A stretch of DNA of 53,891 nt from Acidimicrobiia bacterium (GTDB lineage Bacteria > Actinomycetota > Acidimicrobiia > Acidimicrobiales > CAIXPF01). The translations under genes and the position numbers were made by a program. The stretch covers positions 1-53,891 of the forward strand of contig WHTX01000002.1 in the NCBI GenBank assembly GCA_009377505.1, in the 5' to 3' direction. The notes below the pieces were generated by a model. That model searched no databases. It saw nothing but the letters and a program-made list of their open reading frames with translations, and had not been told where the DNA came from. Shown one piece after another: positions 20,401 through 29,884 of the stretch (position 1 is its first letter; each line of letters opens with the position of its first letter).

Positions 20401-20411
20401 CCCGCCCCCGC

Positions 20412-22847
20412 TCACTCCAGCAGCTCTGCCGCGGCCAGGTCGGCGATGCGGTCGACGTCGTAGCCCAACAGCTCGGTGAGCACCTCGAAGGTCTGCTCAC
20501 CGAAGGTGGGCCCACCGTGGCTGAACGTTGCCGGGGTCCGGGACAGGCGGAAGCGGCTGGCCTCCACCACCGTCGTGCCCTGCTTGGCGTGGGAGACCTC
20601 GACGAAGTGCCCACGGTGGCGGACCTGGGGGTCCTCGCAGAACTCCGGCGAGTTCTGCACCACGTGGGCGGCGATGCCCCGTCCCTGCAGGAGCCGCACG
20701 AGTTCGTCGCCGTCCTGGCCTGCCGTCCAGCCGGCGATGAGCCCGTCGAGCTCGTCGTGGCGGGCCCGGCGCTCGGCGACGGGGAGCCCGCCCAGGTCGT
20801 CGCGCCCCAGCAGGCCGGCGAGGGACGCCCAGGCGGCGTCGTCCGTACAGGAGATGGCCAGCCAGGCGTCGTCACCCGCGCTGGGGTAGGCCCCCTGGGG
20901 GGCGTAGACGAGGTCGCGGTTGCCGGCCCGCTCCCAGATGCGCCCGTTCACCGTCCGGTCGAGGACCGCCGGCGCCAGCAGGTGGAGCGCCGACTCGGCC
21001 TGGGAGAGGTCGATGTACTGCCCCTCGCCGGTCGCCCGTCGGTGCTCGAGCGCGCCCATGATGGCGGCGACCAACCACCGGGGCGAGGTGTAGTCGGTGT
21101 AGGCGCCGAGCGGCCCGCACGGCGCCCGGTCGACCCAGCCCACGGGGTAGAAGAAGCCGGAGATGGCGGCGGCCATGGTCCCGAACCCGGCCAGCATGGC
21201 GAGCGGGCCCGTCTGGCCCATCAGGCAGCTCGACGCCATGACGAGGCCGGGCTTGCGGGCGCGCAGGTGCTCGTAGTCGAGGCCCCACGCCGACATCGCC
21301 CGAGGCGAGAACGACTCGAGGACGACATCCGCCCACTCGACCAGGTCCCAGATGACGTCCTTGGCGCCCGGGCGGGACATGTCGAGGGCGAGGCCGGACT
21401 TGCCGGCGTTCATGTTGTTCCACAGGCCCGAGTTCTCGGGGTCGGTGACGTCGTCGCGGAAGGGCTGCAGGGTGCGGGCGACGTCCATCTTGTTGACGGA
21501 CTCGACGCGCACGATCTCGGCCCCGTAGTCGGCGAGGACACGCGCCGCGGCAGGCCCGGCCATGGCCCACATGAGGTCGAGGACCTTGACGCCTTCGAGG
21601 GGCCGGGCCGTGGAGGGGTTGGGTTCGTCCACGACGACGTGGGGGTGGCGGTCGGCTTCGGCGAGCACGGTCTCGGTGTGCGCCCCGAGCCTCGGGGCAG
21701 CGGGCAGTGCCGGGAGCGGCGTGGCGCTGAACTTGGCGAACGCCCCCGGGTAGCGGAACGAGCCGAGGTCGCCGTGGTCGACGTCCTCCCAGTACTCCCT
21801 GGAGGCGAGCTGCTCACTCGCCACCACCTCGGCCGTCGTCCACACCGGGGTGATGAGCACCCGCCGGGTCATCGCCGCGTCGAGCAGCTCCGCTTTGGTC
21901 TTGGTGGCGAAGAAGTCGGTCAGGCACTGCTTGAGGCGGTTGTACTCCGGCACCGGCTCGCGGCCGTCGAGGAGCATCATCGGGTACTCGAGCCAGTCCT
22001 TGTCCCGAGTGGCCTCGTCGCAGAACCCCTCCTCGTGCACCCAGTCCATGAGCCGCTGGGTGAAGCGGGCGAAGCCGACCCCGAAGAGCAGGGTCACGGA
22101 GGCGTGGCCGTCCTTGCAAGGCCACATCAGCTGGATGTCGATGCCCTGCAGGTTGGCGCCACCGGCGATGCGGGTGGTCACGGCGGCGCCGAGCGGCTTG
22201 GCCAGCATCATCGACTGGGACGCCTGGTTGATGCTCTGCTGAGCCGACATGTCCACGTGCTGGCCGAGCCCCGACCGGGCCTGGCGCTCGAACAGGGCGA
22301 TCAGCGCCGCCCCCGCCGCCTCCGACGCCGCGTTGTGCATGGCCTGGGGCAACGTCCCCCCGGCCCGCAGCGGCGCCCGGTCCTTGTCGCCGGTGAGCAC
22401 CATGTTGCCCGCCGCCGCCTGGACCACCAGGTCCGGCGCGACCCAGCCGGCCTTGGGCCCGTCACTGCCGAAGGGAGTGATCGAGACGTACACGAGGGCC
22501 GGGTTCAGCCGGGACAACTCGTCGTAGCCGAGCCCTCGAGCGGCCATCTCACCGGGTCGCGCCGACTCGAAGAGGATGTCGGCGCCGCTGGCGAGCCGGC
22601 GCAGCTGCTCACGGCCGTCATCGCTGTCGAGGTCGAGCACCACGCTCTTCTTGCCCCGGTTGTAGGCCCAGTGGTGCAGGGACCGCTCGGGGCCCTCGAC
22701 GTCGCCGGCGAAGGGGCCGAGGGCGCGCGCCGAGGAACCACCCGGCGGTTCGATGGCGATCACCTCCGCGCCCAGCTGGCGCAGGATCAGCCCCGCCAGG
22801 TGCCCCCGTTCGTCCGTCAGGTCCAGGACGCGGTAGTCGGACAGCAT
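20412..22847 (-). CDS. Fused double CoA-transferase (two family III CaiB/BaiF-type domains)
   Basis: Two repeats of the family III N-terminal pattern (YRVLDLTDERGHLAG...; VKVLDLMWAMAGPAA...). GAGGGGGGAA RBS before ATG 22847. Confidence 0.85.
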   Translation of the reverse strand: MLSDYRVLDLTDERGHLAGLILRQLGAEVIAIEPPGGSSARALGPFAGDVEGPERSLHHWAYNRGKKSVVLDLDSDDGREQLRRLASGADILFESARPGEMAARGLGYDELSRLNPALVYVSITPFGSDGPKAGWVAPDLVVQAAAGNMVLTGDKDRAPLRAGGTLPQAMHNAASEAAGAALIALFERQARSGLGQHVDMSAQQSINQASQSMMLAKPLGAAVTTRIAGGANLQGIDIQLMWPCKDGHASVTLLFGVGFARFTQRLMDWVHEEGFCDEATRDKDWLEYPMMLLDGREPVPEYNRLKQCLTDFFATKTKAELLDAAMTRRVLITPVWTTAEVVASEQLASREYWEDVDHGDLGSFRYPGAFAKFSATPLPALPAAPRLGAHTETVLAEADRHPHVVVDEPNPSTARPLEGVKVLDLMWAMAGPAAARVLADYGAEIVRVESVNKMDVARTLQPFRDDVTDPENSGLWNNMNAGKSGLALDMSRPGAKDVIWDLVEWADVVLESFSPRAMSAWGLDYEHLRARKPGLVMASSCLMGQTGPLAMLAGFGTMAAAISGFFYPVGWVDRAPCGPLGAYTDYTSPRWLVAAIMGALEHRRATGEGQYIDLSQAESALHLLAPAVLDRTVNGRIWERAGNRDLVYAPQGAYPSAGDDAWLAISCTDDAAWASLAGLLGRDDLGGLPVAERRARHDELDGLIAGWTAGQDGDELVRLLQGRGIAAHVVQNSPEFCEDPQVRHRGHFVEVSHAKQGTTVVEASRFRLSRTPATFSHGGPTFGEQTFEVLTELLGYDVDRIADLAAAELLE

Positions 22848-22968
22848 GCGTTCCCCCCTCGCTCTCCTGGCGCGAACGCTACCTCGCGCGTGTGACGATG
22901 GGCACCAGCCCCGGGCGGTCGGCAGCCGACCAGCAGGCTGTCGGCCTGATGGGCAAGACTTCCCGGCC

Positions 22969-24543
22969 ATGGCTGTGGAGCTGGTGTGGGAAGCGCCGGG
23001 CGAGGGCGACTGGTGGCTGGTGAGGGAGCACTTCCCCAACACCGTGAGCCGGATGTTCTCCTCCCTGTTCCCGGCCGTGACCCTGGGCTGGGAGAAGGGC
23101 GGCGCCCGATACGGGCTACCGACGGGCCAGGCCCAGTGGGCTTCGGTCAACGGCTGGATCTACTACGGCACCGAGATCCCGCTGACCGCCGACGACCTCG
23201 CCGGGCGAGAACGGGCGGCCGCGGCGACCTTGGCCGCCGCGCCGTGGCGGGACGAGGTGCGCCGCTGGCACGACGAAGGGCGGCCGCGGGCCGTCGACGC
23301 CAACCGGCGATTGCAGTCCGACGGCCCCGAGAACCTCGACGACACCAGGTTGGGCGAGCACTTCGAGGAGACGCTGGCGAACTTCCTCCGTTGGGCTCCA
23401 CTGCACTTCGAGCACGTCGGCTTCGACATCGTCGCCGGGCTGTTCCTCGGCGCCGCGGCCGACTGGGGCGTCGAGCCGGCCGCCCTCACGGGGCTGCTGG
23501 CCGGGGCCTCACCAGCCAGTTCGGCTGCCGACGCGCACGTGCGGGCCATCGCCGACGCGCTCGACCGTGCCGCCAGCCCGGTACCGGTCGCGTCCATCGC
23601 CGACCTCCGGGCCGTGAGCGGGGCGGCCGCGCCGCTCGACGCCTACCTCGAGGACTACGGATGGCGGCTGATGGTCGGCCAGGACCTGGTCGAGCCCACC
23701 CTTCGCGAGCAGCCCGCGCTCCTCGTGGCCACGGTGAACGCACGCCGGGGGGGCCGGGACGAGGCCCCGCGAGACCTCTCGCCGGGGATCCGTGCGGCGC
23801 TGGCGCCCACAAAACAGGCGCGCTTCGACGCCTTGCTCGGCGACGCCCGGGCCAGCTACGCGCTCCGTGACGACGACAACGGCGTGTGCTGGAACTGGCC
23901 CCTGGGGCTCGTGCGGCGGGCCGGGCTGGAGATCGGCCGCCGCCTCGCGGCCCGCGGCGTGGTCGCCGATCCCCGCCACGTCTTCGAAGCGGGCGCTGAC
24001 GAGGCGCCGACGCTGCTGTCCGGCCCGAGGCCCTCGGCGGCCGAGCTCGCCCGGCGCTGGCGCGAGCGCGCCCGCGCCAGCGCAGAGGAGCCGCCCCAGC
24101 ACCTCGACGGCGGCGGCGAACGGCTCGCCCGCCCGAGCCTGCCCCCCGCCGTCGCCCGGTTGTCCGCCGTCCGCGACGCCGTGTGGAGCGTGGCGCCGCC
24201 TCGTGCCGGCGCGCCGCCGCTCAGCGGCATCGGCATCGGGCACGACAAGGTGGTGGGCGCGGCGCGGGTCGTGCGCCGGCCCGAGGACCTGGCCCGCCTC
24301 GTCGAGGGCGACGTCCTCGTGGCGGTGGCCACGACCGCGGCCTTCAACACCGTCCTCCCGCTGGTGTCGGCCGTGGTCACCGAGCAGGGCGGCGTGTTCA
24401 GCCACGCCGCCGTCCTGTGCCGGGAGCTCGGGCTGCCGGCCGTCGTGGGCGTGGCCGAACTGCTCGACCGCATCGGGGACGGCGACCTCGTGGAGGTCGA
24501 TCCCCTGGCCGGTACGGTCCGTCTCCTCGCGTACGGCGGCTGA
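22969..24543 (+). CDS. PEP-utilising-enzyme mobile-domain protein (no ATP-grasp domain)
   Basis: C-terminal swivelling phosphohistidine domain: GDVLVAVATTAAFNTVLPLVSAVVTEQGGVFSHAAVLCRELGLPAVVGV. Confidence 0.75.
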   Translation: MAVELVWEAPGEGDWWLVREHFPNTVSRMFSSLFPAVTLGWEKGGARYGLPTGQAQWASVNGWIYYGTEIPLTADDLAGRERAAAATLAAAPWRDEVRRWHDEGRPRAVDANRRLQSDGPENLDDTRLGEHFEETLANFLRWAPLHFEHVGFDIVAGLFLGAAADWGVEPAALTGLLAGASPASSAADAHVRAIADALDRAASPVPVASIADLRAVSGAAAPLDAYLEDYGWRLMVGQDLVEPTLREQPALLVATVNARRGGRDEAPRDLSPGIRAALAPTKQARFDALLGDARASYALRDDDNGVCWNWPLGLVRRAGLEIGRRLAARGVVADPRHVFEAGADEAPTLLSGPRPSAAELARRWRERARASAEEPPQHLDGGGERLARPSLPPAVARLSAVRDAVWSVAPPRAGAPPLSGIGIGHDKVVGAARVVRRPEDLARLVEGDVLVAVATTAAFNTVLPLVSAVVTEQGGVFSHAAVLCRELGLPAVVGVAELLDRIGDGDLVEVDPLAGTVRLLAYGG

Positions 24544-24571
24544 GGACCGGGCCGGCCTCGGCCGGCCGCTG

Positions 24572-24596
24572 CCCGGCGGGCTGGCCGCCCGCCGGG
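24572..24596. terminator. GC-rich hairpin between convergent genes
   Basis: CCCGGCGGG-ctggccg-CCCGCCGGG, a 9-bp stem with a 7-nt loop, abutting the stop at 24597. Confidence 0.45.
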
Positions 24597-25043
24597 TCAG
24601 GAGGCCCGGGAGGCGACGAAGACCGGGATCTGGCGCTCGGTCTTGGCCTGGTACTGCTCGTAGTTGGGGAAGGCGGCCACCGCCCGCTCCCACCAGGCCG
24701 CCTTTTCCGCGCCGCTCACCTCGCGGACCTCGACGAGAAAGGGCTCGGGCCCGTCCTGGATGGTGACGGCCTTGGGGTCGGCAACGAGGTTGTAGTACCA
24801 GACCGGGTGCTTGGGCGCGCCGCCCAAGGAGGCTACGAGGGCGTACTCGCCGCCGTGCTCGACGCGCATGAGGGCGAACTTGCGGATCTTGCCGCTCTTG
24901 TTGCCCCGCGTCGTCACGATGATCACGGGCAGGCCGGTGTCGAGCAGCGTGCCGGCCTCCTTCCCTCCGGTGCGCTCGTAGGTCTCGACCTGGTCGCGCA
25001 CCCATTTGGTCGGGGTCGGCACGTACTCGCCTTCGAGGGTCAT
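24597..25043 (-). CDS. Deazaflavin (F420H2)-dependent nitroreductase-family oxidoreductase (DDN-like)
   Basis: 148 aa. [15 protein letters not shown]...[13 protein letters not shown] is characteristic of the family. Confidence 0.85.
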   Translation of the reverse strand: MTLEGEYVPTPTKWVRDQVETYERTGGKEAGTLLDTGLPVIIVTTRGNKSGKIRKFALMRVEHGGEYALVASLGGAPKHPVWYYNLVADPKAVTIQDGPEPFLVEVREVSGAEKAAWWERAVAAFPNYEQYQAKTERQIPVFVASRAS

Positions 25044-25081
25044 GGGGCGGACCTTACGCCCGGCCGGGGAGGCGCGATGCC

Positions 25082-26806
25082 TCAGGGGCGCACCTTCGGG
25101 CCGCGCAGCAGCCGGCCGGGCAGTGCCCCGGTGGCCTCGCCGTCTCGCCATGTGACCTCGCCGGCGCAGACCGTCGCCGTGTACCCCTCGGCTCGTTGCA
25201 GCAGGCGGGGGCCCTCGGCGGGCAGGTCGTGCACCATGTGCGGCGCTTCGATGCTCAGCCGGTCGAAGTCGATGACGTTCAGGTCGGCCCGGTAGCCGGG
25301 GGCGATGACGCCCCGGTCGAAGAGCCGGTACACAGCGGCCGTGTCCGACGTCTGCCGCTTGATCACGTGCTCGATCGGCAGCTTCGGGCCCCGGCTGCGG
25401 TCCCTGGCCCAGTACGACAGCATGAACGTGGGCGTCGACGCGTCGCAGATGACCCGGCAGTGCGCGCCCCCGTCGGACAGGGAGTTCACCGTGCCCTCGT
25501 GCTGGAGCCGCTCCCACGTGGCGTCGAGCGTGCCGTAGGCGAAGTCGGCCAGGGGGAAGAAGATCAGCGCCTTGCCGTCCCGCTCGAGCAGCAGGTCGTA
25601 GGTGAACTCGTAGGGGTCACGCCCGGCCCGCTTGGCCCGCTCGGCGATGCTGTCCTCGCGCGCCGGCTCGTAGTCGGGCTCGGCACCGAGGGGGAACATC
25701 TTGTGGAAGCCGTGGGCGACGTCGTGGTTGAAGCTGCTACGCCAGCGGGTCGCCTCGCCCAGGATGGCCGCCTTCACCTCCGGCTTGCGCAGCTCGGCCA
25801 CCCGCTCGGCCAGCGAGAGGCGGTCGAGGGGCCCGTAGGTGGGGTGCGCCTTGAAGGGGTTGAGGCTCGTCTGGAGGCCCATGAGGATGCCGGCGGGGCG
25901 CCCTGCGACCTGGGCGAAGATGCGGCCGCCGGCCTCTCGCGCCGCCATGGACTTGGCCAGCACCTCACGCCACGACTCGGGCTCCCGGTCGTTCTGCACC
26001 AGGGCGTAGGTGATGGTGACGCCCGTGTCCACGGCAAGGCCGCGCATCCACTGGACGTCGTCGCCGAACTTGCCGCCGAGGCCCATGTCCGAGGCGATCT
26101 CGAACACGCCCGAGCCGTTGGCCGCCATCGCCTGGCCGAGGGCCATCATCTCCTCGGCGCCCGCGAACGTGCCCGGTATGGGGTCGCCGTCCTTGGTGCG
26201 GTGCAGCATCGTGCGCGACGTCGAGAAGCCGAGAGCGCCGGCGGCGATGCCGTCGCCGACCAGGTTGGCCATGTGCCCGAGGTCCTCGGCGGTGGGCTCG
26301 CCGTTGAGCGCCCGCTCCCCCATCACGTAGGCCCGCAGAGGCGAGTGCGGCACGTGGGTGCCGACGTCCATTGTCCAGCGGCGCTTGGCCAGGGCGTCGA
26401 GGTACTCGGGGAAGCTCTCCCACTCCCACTCGATGCCCTCGGCCAGAGCCGAGCCGGGGATGTCCTCGACGGACTCCATCAACTCGATCAGCCACTTGCG
26501 CTCGGCGGGGCGGGCCGGGGCGAAGCCCACCCCGCAGTTCCCCATGACCGTGGTGGTGACGCCGTGCCAGGCCGAGGGCGTCAGCTCGCTGTCCCAGGTG
26601 ACCTGCCCGTCGTAGTGCGTGTGGATGTCGACGAAACCCGGTGTGACCAACTTGCCCTCGGCGTCGATCTCCTGGTGGCCCTTCGTGGTGAGGCGCGGCC
26701 CCACCTCGGTGATGCGGCCGCCCTCGACGGCCACGTCCACGCCCACACGGGCCGCCGCGCCCGTGCCGTCCACCACCGTGCCGCGCCTGATGACGAGATC
26801 GGCCAT
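25082..26806 (-). CDS. N-acyl-D-amino-acid deacylase family amidohydrolase
   Basis: [16 protein letters not shown]...[22 protein letters not shown]. Confidence 0.85.
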   Translation of the reverse strand: MADLVIRRGTVVDGTGAAARVGVDVAVEGGRITEVGPRLTTKGHQEIDAEGKLVTPGFVDIHTHYDGQVTWDSELTPSAWHGVTTTVMGNCGVGFAPARPAERKWLIELMESVEDIPGSALAEGIEWEWESFPEYLDALAKRRWTMDVGTHVPHSPLRAYVMGERALNGEPTAEDLGHMANLVGDGIAAGALGFSTSRTMLHRTKDGDPIPGTFAGAEEMMALGQAMAANGSGVFEIASDMGLGGKFGDDVQWMRGLAVDTGVTITYALVQNDREPESWREVLAKSMAAREAGGRIFAQVAGRPAGILMGLQTSLNPFKAHPTYGPLDRLSLAERVAELRKPEVKAAILGEATRWRSSFNHDVAHGFHKMFPLGAEPDYEPAREDSIAERAKRAGRDPYEFTYDLLLERDGKALIFFPLADFAYGTLDATWERLQHEGTVNSLSDGGAHCRVICDASTPTFMLSYWARDRSRGPKLPIEHVIKRQTSDTAAVYRLFDRGVIAPGYRADLNVIDFDRLSIEAPHMVHDLPAEGPRLLQRAEGYTATVCAGEVTWRDGEATGALPGRLLRGPKVRP

Positions 26807-26909
26807 GAGACCCCCTTGAGTTGACCCTGCGGTCAACCGTAGCCCACTGGCTGTGGGGCCAACATCCCCGTGGGCCCGAGCGACGGCGCTGCAGACCAGC
26901 GCTGTGGGA

Positions 26910-27860
26910 TCAGAGGCGTCGGGCTCGGCGACCGATGGTGCCGGCGCCGACCACGAGCGCGCTGCCTGCCAGGATCAGCAGCACCCCGGCGGCACCGGAC
27001 GTGGCGGACGAGGCCGCTCCGGTGCGCGGGATGGTGGCGGTCACGCCGGCCACCGCCACGCAGCCCGCCGGGCCCATCGTCTGGCCGGCCGGGCAGGTGG
27101 TCGATGAGCCGATGGACGCCGAGGTGGGCGAGATCGACGCGGAGGTCGGCGAGATCGACGCAGAGGTCGGCGAGATCGACGGCGGTGGCGTGGTCGAGGG
27201 GGTCGTCGGGGGGGCCAGCGTCGTCACCGTGACGGGCACGCCGCACGGCTCGCGTCCGCCGTTCCAGGCCGAGATCAGCATGTTGAACTGCCCGTTCAGG
27301 ATGCCGTAGAAGGAGCCCGACGGCCCCACGATGGCGAGCGGCGGCCCGAGGCTGGCGTCCACCTGGTAACAGGGTGGCATCGGGTCGCCCGGCTGGTCAC
27401 CGAGGAACAGCGTGAGCTCGAAGGGCGCCGTGCACGGGATCATCCCCGCCTCGGGCCCGCAGTAGGCCGTGCGGTCACCGACCTGGTCGATGTTGGGGTC
27501 GAAGATGGTGCTGCCGGCGATCTTGCCCGACAGCCCCACGCCGATGCCCTCGCAGCCCGGAGCGAAGCCGTCCCAGCGCATCGTGACCGATTCGGCAGGA
27601 GGCAGTAGGTTGAGCCGCCGCAGGTCGGTCACCTCGGGCCCTCCGTCTACGGAGAACCGCTCGTTGACCACCACCTCGGGCCCCTCGGCCGTGCAGCTCG
27701 GCGGGATGATGCCGAGGCCGAGGGGGTAGTTGGCGAAGTCCGTGATCGGTGTCGGGGACGGGTCGTTGCTCGTCTGGGCCGACGCGACGCCGGCGCCGCC
27801 GACCGCCACGGCGACGGCCAACACGCCCGCCGACACCATCCTCGAGACTCGGGTGCTCAT
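26910..27860 (-). CDS. Secreted Cys-rich surface protein with Pro/Ser/Thr repeat stalk and LPXTG-like (IPRTG) sorting signal
   Basis: AGGAGG RBS. Signal peptide (VLAVAVAVGGAGVASAQ). C-terminus is IPRTG, then a hydrophobic stretch, then RRARRL. Confidence 0.7.
   Translation of the reverse strand: MSTRVSRMVSAGVLAVAVAVGGAGVASAQTSNDPSPTPITDFANYPLGLGIIPPSCTAEGPEVVVNERFSVDGGPEVTDLRRLNLLPPAESVTMRWDGFAPGCEGIGVGLSGKIAGSTIFDPNIDQVGDRTAYCGPEAGMIPCTAPFELTLFLGDQPGDPMPPCYQVDASLGPPLAIVGPSGSFYGILNGQFNMLISAWNGGREPCGVPVTVTTLAPPTTPSTTPPPSISPTSASISPTSASISPTSASIGSSTTCPAGQTMGPAGCVAVAGVTATIPRTGAASSATSGAAGVLLILAGSALVVGAGTIGRRARRL
27121..27183. repeat. 21-bp tandem repeat x3 inside the surface-protein gene
   Basis: gaggtSggcgagatcgacgNN x3. 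Encodes SISPTSA x3 on the minus strand. Confidence 0.9.
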
Positions 27861-27875
27861 CACGACGCCCTCCTC

Positions 27876-27905
27876 TTGTCGAGCCACCGCTTGTCGAGCC
27901 ACCGC
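27876..27905. repeat. Perfect 15-bp tandem duplication (ttgtcgagccaccgc x2) in the 5' leader of the surface-protein gene
   Basis: Read directly. Ends about 5 nt upstream of the AGGAGG RBS and 16 nt upstream of the start codon on the minus strand. Confidence 0.9.
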
Positions 27906-28113
27906 CTGCGGGGTGCGCCCCCGCGGACGTGGCCGCAGCGCAGGCCGGCTCGCCGCCCACCGAGCAGGCTGCACGCCTGGCACTGGGGCGCTTCCTAGCA
28001 CGCGCTCGCCGGTCCATGCTGGCTCCTGCGCCTCGACGGCTGCGCACCTCGTCGAACGCCGATCGACCGCCGGCCACGTCCTGACGTCATGGCACCACGA
28101 GCCGTGTCGGCCG

Positions 28114-28269
28114 CCGCTCGGGCGCCTCGCTCCACACGGTGCATCCCGCTCCCCGCCGCTCGGGCGCCTCGCTCCGCACGGTGCATCCCGCTCCCCGCCG
28201 CTCGGGCGCCTCGCTCCGCACGGTGCATCCCGCTCCCCGCCGCTCGGGCGCCTCGCTCCGCTCAGTGCA
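28114..28269. repeat. MIRU-like 42-bp tandem repeat, ~3.7 copies (family copy A)
   Basis: Unit ccgctcgggcgcctcgctccgcacggtgcatcccgctccccg starts at 28114, 28156, 28198 and 28240. The last partial unit contains the stop codon of the minus-strand gene 28262-28741. Confidence 0.95.
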
Positions 28270-28741
28270 AGGCGTGCAGAACGGCGTCGGCCCTCTCGGC
28301 GGCCGCGGGGATGGCCGCCGCCAACCAGCTCGGGAGCTCGGCAGCGTCGACGAACGCGTCGGCGGTGACCTCCCAGCGAGCCCGGCCGTCGGTGAGCACT
28401 CCCGTCACGCCCTCCCCCCGCCGGACGCGCTCGACGAGCTCGAGCCCGTCGTAGACTGTGATGTTCATGTCCGCCACGCAGTGGTGCTTGAGGACCTCCT
28501 CGAACGTCGCCGGGGCGATCGCCGGCGGCTCGGCGGCCGCCAGGTAGGGCCGGAGCACGTCGAGCACACCGTGCGGGGTGAGCACGGCGACTGCCTCGGG
28601 GTCGAGCACCACGGGGACCTCACCGCCGAGGACCTCGTGGCCGGCGAGCAGGCTCGACATGCTCGAGCCGCTCACGAACCGGGCGACGAGCAGCGCCGCG
28701 GGGCCTCGGCCGACGACCAGCAGGGGCGTGTCGATCAGCAT
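28262..28741 (-). CDS. Short FAD/NAD(P)-binding-like protein (possible truncated flavin monooxygenase remnant)
   Basis: MLIDTPLLVVGRGPAALLVA dinucleotide-binding-like N-terminus. 159 aa. Starts 12 nt after the cyclase stop. Confidence 0.5.
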   Translation of the reverse strand: MLIDTPLLVVGRGPAALLVARFVSGSSMSSLLAGHEVLGGEVPVVLDPEAVAVLTPHGVLDVLRPYLAAAEPPAIAPATFEEVLKHHCVADMNITVYDGLELVERVRRGEGVTGVLTDGRARWEVTADAFVDAAELPSWLAAAIPAAAERADAVLHALH

Positions 28742-28752
28742 CGTCGCGGCCC

Positions 28753-29709
28753 TCAGAAGATGGCGAGGGGGTTCACCGGGCTGCCGGTGACGCCCTGGAA
28801 CCGGATGGGCGCCAGCATGAACTGGAACTCCCACCGGCCCAGGCGCGCGCACGTGGCCGCCAAATCCTCGAGCTGGCAGTTGTCGATCAGCCAGAGCCCC
28901 ATGGCCACGATCCCGACCATGTGGATGGGCATGGTGACCGTCTTGTAGCCCGCGGGCGTGACGTCCTGGGCCACGTCCGACCCGATCATCGAGACGCCGC
29001 GTTCAGCGAGCCACGGGAGACAGGCCGCCTGGTAGCCCGACCGCGGCTTGTTGGCGTTGTAGTTGCGCCCCTCGGCGATGCGCGCCCCCGCCTCGCCCGT
29101 GCGCAGGAGCAGCACGTCCCCGGGCTCGACCCTCACGTCTGCCGCCGCTTCGGCGGCCTCGAGGTCCTCGGGGAAGACCTGGTCGTCAGCGGCCAGCACG
29201 TCGACGCCACGGAGCCGGGGGACGTCGAGCAGCACGCCGCGGGCGGTCACGCCGCTCGACAGGGCGAGGACGTCGTGCTTGAGGGCCCCCTGGCGGTCCG
29301 ACACCAGCGAGGCCGGCGCGCCGCCGTACATCTTCCCGTCCCAGAACAGGTGGGCGAGCGAGTCGAGGTGGGTCACGTCGAGCCCGTGGAACACCATGCC
29401 GATGTACTCCTGGGCGCCGCCCGCTCGGCCGCCGCCGATCAGCCCCCGCCGGCCCTCCTCCTCGAGGCCAAGGCCGGTCGACAACATGTAGCGCTGCGAC
29501 TCCACGGTGGCGCCGGGCTGCCGCCCGGTCTTGATGTCCCAGCTGCAGGACACCGAGATGCCCTCGCGCACGAGGCCAGCGGCGGCCACCCGCTTCTCGG
29601 GCGTCAGGTGGTTCAAGGTGCCGAGGCGGTCGTCCTCGCCCCAACGGCCCCAGTTCGACAGCTTGTCAAACCAGGACAACACGACCTCTTCGGACGGCGC
29701 GCTCGGCAT
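28753..29709 (-). CDS. Cyclase-family protein (kynurenine formamidase-like fold)
   Basis: GGGAGGGG RBS. SNWGRWGEDDRLGTLNHLTPEK N-terminus and HLDSLAHLFWDGKMY are typical of putative cyclases. Confidence 0.85.
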   Translation of the reverse strand: MPSAPSEEVVLSWFDKLSNWGRWGEDDRLGTLNHLTPEKRVAAAGLVREGISVSCSWDIKTGRQPGATVESQRYMLSTGLGLEEEGRRGLIGGGRAGGAQEYIGMVFHGLDVTHLDSLAHLFWDGKMYGGAPASLVSDRQGALKHDVLALSSGVTARGVLLDVPRLRGVDVLAADDQVFPEDLEAAEAAADVRVEPGDVLLLRTGEAGARIAEGRNYNANKPRSGYQAACLPWLAERGVSMIGSDVAQDVTPAGYKTVTMPIHMVGIVAMGLWLIDNCQLEDLAATCARLGRWEFQFMLAPIRFQGVTGSPVNPLAIF

Positions 29710-29884
29710 GCGATCCCCTCCCAGCTGCACAGATCAGCCGCTGAGCGTACGTGGTCGCGCCTGGTGGGGCGAACGCGAGGTCTCGCGGAACGTGGCCAGC
29801 AGGTGGCCGGTTCTGGGTCGCAGGATGGCACCACGACAGCGATCACGGCCGCCCGTTCCGGTGGCACGAGAGAGGACACGCCAC

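Noticed and set aside
27995-28228. 77-aa minus-strand ORF encoding (MHRAERGARAAGSG)x3
   Set aside because: It is entirely repeat-derived. The related array at 35.6 kb is read in a different frame relative to the unit, so no peptide is conserved. The remainder is Arg-rich and not protein-like.
28114-28269. CRISPR array
   Set aside because: The 42-bp units are directly abutting with no spacers, and no cas genes are present in the window.
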